DNA of 64,000 nucleotides from Azolla caroliniana. Lineage: Eukaryota; Plantae; Polypodiophyta. The position numbers and the translations under genes are program-made. The stretch spans positions 10,478,001 to 10,542,000 of the forward strand of contig JBHGNT010000001.1 of NCBI GenBank assembly GCA_043228905.1. Reading direction: 5' to 3'. Positions 34,998 to 45,947 of this stretch are shown here, one piece after another (the stretch's first letter is position 1; every line of letters starts with the position of its first letter). The notes beneath the pieces were generated by a model. The model was not told where the DNA came from. It saw only the letters and a program-made list of their open reading frames with translations, and ran no database searches.

Positions 34998-37900
34998 TGT
35001 CGTGGTATTCCGTGGGTACGTGTAAGATCTTAGGCGGTACCGTGGGGGTCTTGGACTAGGGAGACGGATGGTGGAGTCCTTAAGCTTTGTAGGCTTCGGT
35101 CTAGAATCGGCTTCCGACTCCAACAAATGTAGGTTTTCACAAAAAGACGGTTCACCGCAAACATGGACCCGACTCAAATATGTTACAAGGGAGATAAATA
35201 TACACTAACATGAATATATATTACAAGAGTCTTACAACAAGACGGTTACATGCCCCGAATCTGGTGGCTATTACATATCCATAGGCCAATACAACAAGTT
35301 AAGAGTGGGAACCGACGAAGGCGAGTCAAGTGGGCCACTTGGACCACGACGTCCATCGTTGGTCACGCCCCAAAGACGGTGGAGTGTTCCCGTGCCACTT
35401 CGCCCTTCCTTCTAGAACCGGCCGCCACACGAAATGCCCTTCATCGAGGAGAGGAAGCCGAATCACCAAGTGCTACCACCGGAATGCCTAAAGCTGTTGT
35501 TGTAGGATCCCCAAACCAAACCAAACTCCCACACGAAGAAGAGAGGGCAGCACCCGTAACTCTAAAACCGCATAAACCCTAACTTGCACGAACTCTCACA
35601 AGAAGAAGAACCTAAACGGAATACTAACGTCCACTCGAAAGAATGAACCAAGCCCACGAGATAATGAAGAAGACTAAAATGAAACCCTTAAAAGAAATAG
35701 GGTGAAAAGACCCAAGTAGAAACCCGAAGGGAACAAGAATAAGATGAAGAGGAAGAACACTACCAAACCCTAGACCTAAGTGGTATACCCTCCTAACTCA
35801 AAACGAGCAACCCCTTTATAAGGGACCCTCCCTTCCTTTTATAGAACAAGGAGAGGGATGTGTTACAATGTGGGATAAATCCCTTATTACATGGGATCCT
35901 TTGTCCCGAATTAACTATTGTTCGGTGCCATAATGGCGCTGCTATCATTTACACAATTTGTACAAGGGTGAGTGCACATGATGCACACCACCGATTCTTC
36001 TGATATCCCCCGGTTTCTCACAATGGCCCGGAATCCTCACGACATCTGCCCCCACCAAACCGCACATCCACCGGTACATGCCAAGTTCGAAGAAGGGTGA
36101 GAGATTCAAGCCGATGAGGAACCAGTCTTCCGTAATATGCATTTCGGCTGCATGTTGGCCTCGCTAGTCCGAACTGTCGGCTCCGGTTCCTTCTCCACGT
36201 TTGCCTGCCCATAGGCTTGTTCGACCCGTCGATAGGTCATTCACCGTGATCCCGTAGTGCATGTGCTTCCCGTTGGCCCTTCTTTCGACCATATGCACGC
36301 TTCTCGTCCCTTCGGATACACGGTGTCCTCTGTCCGAGGAGCACCGGTGATGGCCCGCTTGGCCTTCGTCGACCTTCGTGTTGTCTTGGTTCTCGTTCCG
36401 CACCGATCTCCACCGCCTTCGTCCCCTCGCCACCACCTATCTTCTCCTTGGTCTTACGTTGCAACGGCGGCTGAACTGCCAATGTCTCTGGAACCAGTGT
36501 GGAGGATCCCTCTCCGGCCTTCTACGCGAGATCACCTGGACCGGTAACCCGCCTTTGCACCTGTACTCTTGTTTCGGCACCTCTGTGTGCCACGCATCCC
36601 CTTCTCGTGTTCGGCTCCGCCTGTGCCGAACTCAGGTTACTTCCCATGCACGCGTCATCGGCCCTCGCCCGGCCAGATCGTGCATCGCCGCTTCTCCGCA
36701 TATCGGTGTCCTCTGCGTCCGAGGAACACCCCGTAGTAGCCTGCTTGGCCACTTTCTTCTTGCGCTGTTGCCACTGGTTTGGAGCCTTCTGCTTGCTGTC
36801 GTCCCCTCACCCCCACCAGCTTCTTATCTCGGGTTTGGCCCGCCACGCCAGTCGTTGCCACTTCGACTGAGCCGCCGAGATCTCTGAAGCGGGTGTGGAG
36901 GATCCTTCTCCGGCCCTCGATCTTGTTTCCAGTCTCCATTCCGCGTAGTCCGTTTACGTGCCCGTGCTCTCATTCCCGGCACCGCCGTGTGTCGTCTTCC
37001 GCCTTCCCTGTTCGACACCGCCTCTGTCGAACATTGTCCCGTACTTGTGCTTTGCTTTGGCCCTTGATGCCCACACGCACGTCTTCCGATCCGCTCCCTG
37101 CTTACCCCTCACCGGCTTTCCTCCGAAATCATAACCATCCAGTAAGGGTTCGGCCTCTGTCAACTTTGGCCTCGTCGGTCCCCGATCCACTCTTCCCGCA
37201 TTGCCGGTTCCCGTTTCCTGCCGCCACCATCCTTCTCACTCGGTCTCACGTTGCCATGTCGATTTGGATTGCCGGTGTCTCCAAATCGGTGTGAGGATCC
37301 CATAGGACCGTCTTCCTTTCTCTCCTCCCGTCTTCCACGTTGTCTTCTGTTCTGCTTTCGGTTGTGCCCATTCCCGACTCGGCACACCGCTCCTTAACCG
37401 GGTCTCCCCGACAGCTTACCGGAGGATCACCCTTGCCGCATCCCGGCCCGCATGGCCTCCTTCGTTCACGTAACGCCTTGGCTAGTTAGTGCTTCTGTTG
37501 TTGCCGCCTTCATCCCCTTGCCGCCACCTTCCATTTCCCTCGGTCTCACATTGCCACGTCGGCCAAACTGCCAGAGTCTCCAGATAGGTGTGAAGGATCC
37601 TTCTTGGGCCTGCGATTTGTTGGGTCACCGACTCTCATACCAAGCGCGTCCATTCTTTGTCTTGCAAACTCTGCCGGTCGGATCCGTATCCGGTTCGTGG
37701 CCACCTCACCGGCCTCATACCTCCTTTCGTTATGCTTTCCGTCGTCCAGTCACGTTCTCCTGCCGCCACCGTCCATCTCTCTAGGTCTCACGCCGGCTCT
37801 CGTTGCCCGCTGCCGGAGTCTCCGGATCGGTGTGAGTGTCTTCGTGGAACCTCCCCTTTTGCCGTCTTTGGTTGCCCGTCTTGCCGCCACCACCATTCAC

Positions 37901-40079
37901 TACTCTAGGTCTCATGCCGACTCTCGGGCCGACCGCCGGAGTCTCTAGAACCGGTGTGTGTAAGGTCGCGACAGCACCACTTGCCGTTTCTCCTCTCAAT
38001 GTAGTCCCGACCTCCACGTCGGCCTCGTCTGCTGGTCACGTTCACCTACCGCCACCGTCCTTTCCTGTAGGACTCACGCCGGCTCTTAGGCCGACCGACA
38101 AATCGGTGTGAGGATCTCCGTAGACCGCCCATCCGCAGTCCTTTGCCTTCGTCCCCTCGCCGCCATCATTCGTCACTCTAGGTCTCACGCCGATTCTAGG
38201 TCCGGCTGCCGGAGTCTCTAGAACCGGTGTGGGTAAGGTCCCGGCACCGCCTCTAGTGATGTTCGTAGCCACCTCCATCCGGACGTCGTTGTTCGTGGCT
38301 ACCCCGTCTCCGATCGCGGAAGCCTCGATTACGCTTGCCGCCTCCTCTTCCTCGATCTCCTTGTCGTCGTCTTGGTTGCCCGCCTTGCCGCCGCCACCGT
38401 TCGTCACTCTAGGTCTCACACCAGCTCTTTGACCGGACGTCGACTCTCTAGAATCGGTGTGGGTAAGGTCTTGGCACCACCGCTCGTCTCCTCCCCACTT
38501 GATGTTTCGGGCGACCGTGTCCCGAATTCTCCGCCCACTCTTGAAGTGCCTCTTCCCACTCCATAGTCACCGGCCGGCCTCATCCATGGTTGTCCCCTTT
38601 CCACTAGACGAGAGGGTCGTTAGCTCCACACGCTCTCCCACGTCGTCCTCGCATGCTCTTCCGGCCTCCGCGTGTAGGGGGGGGGGGGCGTATTCCTCCG
38701 CAAGTTGAAAAGGTGACTTGTTCCCCACCTTCCCCGTAATGGCACCATTGTACAGAACCCGGACCCCTACACGGCCTCATCATTATTCCACATCCGTCGA
38801 GAAGGCAGCTTCCTTCTCGACCTCTATTTGCCTCTCAATCCGAGCATCGTGGGCTTTAAAATTTTTGGGACCCTATCCCCACTCCAATGGTCGACTTCTT
38901 CGACCACACTCTAAATGGCTTCCAAACCGTTTCTTGTCCACCCTTCTTCCGTGTATCTTCATCATCGCCTTCGACATTGCCTTCACCACGAAGCCTTCTT
39001 CATCTACCTCCATTCTCCCTTGCCGCCTTTCACGTCGGGTTCACCAAATATGTCACGGTATTCCGCGGGTCCGTGTAGGATCTTAGGCGAAACCGCAGGG
39101 GTCTTGGACTAAGGAGACGGATGGTGGAGTCCTTAAGCTTTGTAGGCTTCGGTCCGGAATCGGCTTCCGGCTCCAACGAATGTAGGGTTTCACAAAAAGA
39201 CGGTTCACCGCAAATATGTTACAAGGGAGATAGATATATACTAACATGAATATATATTACAAGAGTCTTACAACAAGACGGTTACATGCTCTGAATCCGG
39301 TGGCTATTACATATCCATAGGCCAATACAACAAGTTAAGAGTGGGAACCGGCGAAGGCGAGTCGAGTGGGCCACCGGGACCGCGACGTCCACCGTTGGTC
39401 ACGCCCCGAAGACAGTGGAGTGTTCCCTTGCCACTTCACCCTCCCTTCTCGAACCGGCCGCCACATGAAGCGCTCTCCATCGAGGAGAGGAAGCCGAATC
39501 ACCAAGTGCTGCCACCGGAATGCCTAAAGCCGTTGTTGTAGGATCCCCAAACCAAACCAAACTCCCACACGAAGAAGAGAGGGCAGCACCCGAAACCCTA
39601 AAACCGCGTAAACCCTAACTTGCAAGAACTCTCACAAGAAGAAGAACCTAAACGGAATACTAACGTCCACTCGAAAGAATAAACCAAACCCATGTGATAA
39701 TGAAGAAGACTAAATGAAACCCTAAAACGAAATAGGGTGAAAAGACCCAAGTAGAAACCCTAAGGGAACAAGAATAAGATGAAGAGGAAGAACACTACCA
39801 AACCCTAGACCTAAGTGGTATACCCTCCTAACTCAAAATGGGCAACCCCTCTATAAGGGACCCTTCCTTCCTTTTTTAGAACAAGGAGAGGGATGCGTTA
39901 CAATGTGGAATAAATCCCTTATTACATGGGATCCTCTGTCCCGAATTAACTACTGTCCGGTGCCATAATGGCGCCGCTATCATTTACACAATTTGTACAA
40001 GGGTGAGTGCACATGTTGCACCCCACCGATTCTTCCGATATTCCCCGGTTTCTCACTATGGCCCGGAATCTTCACGACA
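34998..40079 (-). mobile_element. Non-autonomous LTR element B (LARD-like; ~1.03-1.05-kb LTRs, 3-kb pol-less interior)
   Basis: LTRs 34998-36044 and 39051-40079; PBS-Trp at 39029-39046; PPT at 36045-36056; TSD ACGT/ACAT; no RT, RH or INT motif seen. Confidence 0.88.
39029..39046 (-). promoter_or_regulatory. Primer-binding site for tRNA-Trp (element B)
   Basis: The plus strand reads TTCACGTCGGGTTCACCA, the recalled 3' end of plant tRNA-Trp(CCA), 4 nt from the LTR. Confidence 0.8.
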
Positions 40080-40338
40080 ACATGGATAAAGTGTGAGGGT
40101 TAACCGAGAGTGTAAAGAAGGGAGGATTACTTTTAATTCTAGGGATTGAGACAACCCATTAAGACCAAGTGTGAACTTGCCTAGGGGCCTTAGGTTTGGC
40201 GATAAATATGAGGCCTGGCTACCCTCATTTGATTTGGGAAGTTCACATTTGGCCTTAATGGGTTGCCTTAATCCCTAAGATTAGAAGTAATTCTCCCTTC
40301 TTTACACTCTCGGTTAATCCTCACACTTTATCCACGTG
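40080..40338. mobile_element. Fold-back MITE-like element with ~99-bp inverted arms
   Basis: 40080-40178 is the reverse complement of 40239-40337 with about 10 mismatches, all transitions; the loop is ~60 bp. Confidence 0.85.
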
Positions 40339-40399
40339 TATAGAATACTAAGATACAATCTTACCACGGGATAATTTATGGTCATGCTTGTAACATGAA

Positions 40400-42040
40400 T
40401 CATCCAACCTCATCAATACCCTATGTTTACATATAAGGGAGAACATGTGCAATTAGTGCAAAGCTTTGAGTATCGATATACTTGGCACAAATAAAAGGAG
40501 TGCATATATCAAGGTGGATGGAAATGTTATTGTATGTTGGAAAATCACTGCAATTAGAGTGGTACCCCATGGATGGGAAGTGAAACTAATGTTATTTAAT
40601 GTCATGGTAACACAAATTTTGCTTTATGGAGTACAAGTATGGGGAGGCACTATCTCTCTTAATACAGGGAATGAGATTGTGAGGGTTCAAATAACAATCG
40701 ACAACGGTTCACCGAACCGCAAAACCACGGCTTAACGGTTCGGTTCGGTTTGAATGGTCAAAAACCGCGATTTAAACGGTTTAATGGTTATTTATTTTTA
40801 AATAAAAAAAAATCGTTTTTAAACAATCTTTTCATTTTTGTTTCCTCCTCGCCAAAGAACTCCTACCCATGAGCATTTAGATGACATATTTTAGGAACAT
40901 CTTTAAAATTAAAAAAAATGAAATATTATAAATTTTTAAATTTTTAAATTTTAAAAATTGACCTGGGTTGAAAACTGAAACCAAACCACGAAACCACGGT
41001 TTTAACGGTTTCGTGGTTCGGTTTGGGTTTCAAAAATAATTAACGGTTCGGTTCCAAACATGTTCGGTTTTGACCCTCTCGAACCGAACCGAACCGTTGC
41101 TGATTGTTAGGTTCAAAAAATGTTTTTAAGGAGACAATTGGGAGTTAAATCCACCACCTCATATCAAGTTATCCTCTTGAAAATAGGTGTTCGACCTATA
41201 GAGATATTGGTCCTATAAAGAGTATATTGAAATTTGATACATTACAAAAGTCAAGAAAATGCCAAATCATAGATCACCATATATTGCTTGGAATGTTGGA
41301 TGTAAACTACAAATGAATCACAAAGAGCAAAATTCTCTCACCTGGTTAGGTAGTTGACATCAAAAAAAGGTTCAAAAGATGGGATGCGGAAGATCTTTTA
41401 GAGCTTGCAAGTGATGCTCTTAAATATACAGTTATTGAGGAAAGATTAATGGAACCACAAATGAAGGATGCTAAAAGGACAAACTAGAATATTGCATTGC
41501 AAACATCAATCCGGAATGTTGGGTTCTATATCAGCAAGAAGGCCTATTGATCGTATTCAACCTTATCTCATTACTAACACAAGTATTAACTCTCGTAGAG
41601 CCCTATCACACCTTCATGCTCGATCATACAACCTATGTATTGAAGTTGCATTATGGCATCAAAATCAACCAAATATGAAGGCATGTAAGTTATGCAAGGA
41701 AGGGCTAGTAGAGGATGAGTATCACTAAGTCTTGCTTTTTACATGCTCCACATATAGTGCAATTCGTGAAAGCTATGATGATATATTAAGAGAGGGTGAT
41801 GACTTGATTGTAATTTGTCACACTAAAGAGAAGCCTAAAAAGGTCAAGCTCATATATGTATGCCTTATTCACATGTCAAGACTTGGTGCTCGAAATATGA
41901 ATATCCCTTCTTGGGTCCCATATCAAGAAAACATTTATACTTAGGTCCCATGGGTCAATATTGGCCTCTCTATGGGTGCTAAAAATATCTATCTATCTCA
42001 CTCTCTCCCTCTCCCTCTCCCTCTCCCTCTCCCTCTCTAA
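40400..42040 (+). mobile_element. 5'-truncated non-LTR retrotransposon relic (RTE/RTEX-like LINE 3' end)
   Basis: KLMLFNVMVTQILLYGVQVWG...EIVRVQ|KMFLRRQLGVKSTTSYQVI, C-terminal CKLCKEGLVEDEYH..FTCSTY motif, and a CT-rich microsatellite tail. Confidence 0.75.
40692..41109. mobile_element. hAT-superfamily MITE (418 bp)
   Basis: TIRs TAACAATCGACAACGGTTC / GAACCGTTGCTGATTGTTA (17/19 match); 8-bp TSD GGTTCAAA at 40684-40691 and 41110-41117; subterminal AACCG repeats. Confidence 0.92.
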
Positions 42041-42758
42041 AGTTACAACTTTTTCTCGATGTGTGCCCATAGTTGGCCAATAATCCTTGTGCAAGAGCCA
42101 TGCTAATCTTCAAAGAACAGAAAGTCACAATTGTGCTTCTAAAAGTATTGTATGTATTAAAAAAACCTGCCAATATAGAAAACCCTTGATTTCCTCTCTA
42201 GAATAGTGTGTTTTTTATGGCATAATTAGCCCTCTAATATGGCATAAGACTAGTTGACATAGATAGAAGCAAGACTTTTGAGGAAAAGGTGCTTGTAGAG
42301 CTTAATAGTGCGAAAATGGCCAAATCATCCATCCTACTTGTTGCAATACTCTATATAGAGGCCATCAAATAAAAGCCCATTTCTCATACACCAAAATGTA
42401 CCATAGGCACCTCAGCAAGAAAAATAATTGTCTTATTCTATTGGTGAGGGCAAAGCTATGGCTCTTTAATTGAAAACCTGGGAAAAATTTACCCTCTCAT
42501 TGAAGCCCAAAGTTACAAAGTTGCAATCCAAACAAATTTAGAGATTGGGCATGGTGAGGAATGTGTGATCACCGTCCTTCTCGGCGATTTGTATAAGAAA
42601 AACACGGCCCCATCCAGAGCGTGTCTTCAGAGGGGCAGACTTCCTGCCCACAAGGAAAACAAATGCGTCTGGGACGGAATGGAGAACGACGAGAGTGCCA
42701 TCCTGAGACATCCAACACTTGACGTCTCCAACTCTCCCTTGTTGTCTCTGTGTGTGTG

Positions 42759-42760
<2 letters not shown>

Positions 42761-42817
<57 letters not shown>

Positions 42818-42936
42818 GTGTCTCTCCATAGTGTGAAGAAATTACATTAATAATGAAGCTATCGTATTGAGCAGGGGTAGATTTGACATTTCTAAAACCC
42901 AATTGAGGAAGGGGGGGGGGGGGGGGGGGGGGGGGG
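42761..42936. repeat. (TC)n microsatellite and a poly-G run
   Basis: TC repeat at 42761-42814; G homopolymer at 42911-42936. Confidence 0.9.
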
Positions 42937-43719
42937 TAAGGTTTTAGAGTAATGTCTTTGCTTTTATTCATCACTCCATTTACATAATAATCCCTTCCCC
43001 TGCATCCCCATCCTAAAGGTTTAGCGATGGCGATAACGATAACAGAGGCCTAGGAAAATCTCAGGTAATATGATTCTACTGTGTTTCCCCTTTTAACTCT
43101 TTGCTTCTCATTCCTCGCCTTTTTATCCTTTCCTTGATTCCTTCCTCTCTTTCTTTCTTTCTTTCTTTCCTTTGCTATAAAAAGAAGTCCCCGTCGCTAC
43201 ATACCGACATTTCATTTCTCTGTGAATATTTATGGACCTGATCTCTTTTCTTATCTTAATAAAAATCTCCCTTTTTTGAAGACGTTTTTTTATTTGTCAC
43301 ACATATATGATAGAAAACACCATCAGATGTTAGAGTTAGGTCCATTCATTTACCAGGTCTTTTGAAAAAGGAGAAGGAAGAAATTACTTGTTGAAGCTCA
43401 CATAGATGGACCTTTATGTCGATTATTTCTTCCATATCGTAAATAATAAAAGGGAAGGGAAAGACCTGCCAAATGCAAGGTTTTTTTGTGATCATGAATG
43501 TCTATGCTAGAGGCGTAATGTTTTTGCTAGAGACTAAATTTTATATTATAAAATACCACTTTTATTAGAGACTAATGTATATGTTGGGAATCATATAGTT
43601 CCAACTTCCTATGTTGAATGAAGTGGATTGGACATGTCGCAACAAGTTGGCTACTAGATCCATGCTAATCAACAATCTTTGGTCTTCTCTTATGTTGATA
43701 AAAAGAAGAATACATTCGA

Positions 43720-45072
43720 AATGACCTTATTTTGTACTCAAAATATGCAAAAATTTGAACATACCTCCTTTTGGCTCTAAGCTTGTGAGTTTATAAAGCT
43801 TTTGCAAAGCATAAGGATGTGAAAAGTGGGCGGAGAATCTGTCTTCAGACTAAGCAGACGGATTTTGGTGAATTTACTTTGGTTGAAATATCTGCTAATG
43901 TAATTTGATGAAGAAATTATTGTTGGGAACAATTCGGTTGATATGTATGTAAAATATGGTTCAGGAAGATATTATGGTTGGGAATAGTTTGGTTGATATG
44001 TATGCTAAAATGTAGTCAATTTTTTGGCCAAGATGTATGGTGAACGTGGTCAAGAAGATATTCTGGTTGAGAATACTTTGTTTACAATGTGTGGTAAATG
44101 TAATCTGATCTTCAAGAACCAGAGAAATAATGTGGCTTCATGTAATCCATTTCAAGAATTCAATCAAGAAAGCTTTAATCATTTCAAAGCTACTTACAAA
44201 TTCCGTCACTGTTGCCCATTGAAAGCTTATGGTAGAGTATAGATCATGTAGATAAGGACCGGGAAATACATTCTGATACTATGGAAAAATGGTTTGAATG
44301 TGACCTTCCAATTTCAAATAGTCTAATCAGTATGTTCGCCAAATGGGACTTCCTTTATGGACAACAAGCGTTCAAGCTGTGGTTGTGGTTCATTCTCAAA
44401 TGTCATTCACATAGTCAACAAGTTTCCAACCTAAATCATTGCTGCATGGACTGCACTGATTGGGGATATGTGGAATATATGCCACAAATTATGTCATCAA
44501 GCTTTTGATTGACCCTTTTGACGGTGATGGATGCTGCTTCTAATTCGACTACATTATTGTTGACTCTGGAAAGTTGTGGTAATTGAGTGCTGTGGAAGAA
44601 AGTTACATGATACATACATTGATTGCACCAAATGGTTTTGATAGGGATTGATCTGTATGCCATTTGCCTCATTGACATTTATTCTGGAAGGCCAAACGTG
44701 ACTCACTTGTATGCATGTTAAGTATTTGATAGCATGTTAATGCGTGATGTTGTGACATGGAGTTTGTTACTAAAATGCCATACTATTATTAATTGCAAGG
44801 GTGGTATTTCCATTTTGTGTCTTAAGGATACAATGCAGAGGCACTCACATTTATACAGATGTGGAAGATGGGAGATGCAGACATGTTTGAGATGTTTGAT
44901 AGAAGCAAAGAAAAGTCTGTGTGAACTCTTTGATATAGTGAATGAGGAGTACCAACCATATAAACATGCAGAGAAATTGGCTATTACTTGTGAGATTCCA
45001 AATACTCTGCAAGGATCCACTTGTAAGGGTATAAAATTTTTACACGAGTTTGCAGTGATTACAACTGTGTAG
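43720..45072 (+). pseudogene. PLS-class pentatricopeptide repeat (PPR) pseudogene
   Basis: Degenerate motifs IIVGNNSVDMYVKYGS, IMVGNSLVDMYAK, DLPISNSLISMFAK and FDSMLMRDVVTWS, with many stops and frameshifts. Confidence 0.75.
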
Positions 45073-45947
45073 GCAAAAATATTTCTATGATGGTGTGTTG
45101 AGATCATTTTAAGAGATTGTTGTTGTTTATTTGTCATTTCAGGGACGAGTCTTGTGTTTATGAGACAGATTCTAATATCTATTATTTGGTTTGTTGTATA
45201 TTATCAACTCTATTGGATAATGTAATGTTGCAATAGTAATGATTACCAAAAGATTGTAAGTAGTATTCAATAAGTGATAGAAAATATGGGGAAAGTCAGT
45301 ATTTGATTTTGTTAGCTAATTAAAGTATACACCTGGCATATAAAGTGAGTGATACACCCTGTTCCCATTAGTTGTGAACACCATTACAGAGGTAAGATGA
45401 TTAATTTCAAAGGTTACATCCTATTTGTAAAGATGTCCAGTGAGGCAATGCATTTGTGAATTTATAGTGAATGTCATCTGTAAAATATCATGATGTAAGA
45501 ATAGTAATTGATTATAATGGGTTGTGAATTATACAAAATGTTATATATAATAAGTAAAGAGCAAACATAAGAATCCTTCAATGGATTCATGTATACAATA
45601 GATGGTTCTTGTTGAATTAGAAATTGGTAACCCAAAGTATGAATCATGTCGAGGATTACCTCCTTCCGATGTTATGAGCTAATCCAATCCTACATCCACT
45701 GCAAGGCCTTCTGACCTTGACAACAGTTCTTATACATGAGCGTTTCTCTATTGAATGGGGCTGCCCTGAGAATGCCTTGAATCAAGACATTTACTTACTG
45801 CCCACAATAGCAAAATCATGCAGATCTCAAATGTTAGAGGGTACATTAAATATGAACACTGTCATCAGTGTAGAGTGTATTTCTGATTGCAGTGCTCATA
45901 AAAATACCTTTTTTAACTATAGTAATTGCAATGTTCATCACAATACC

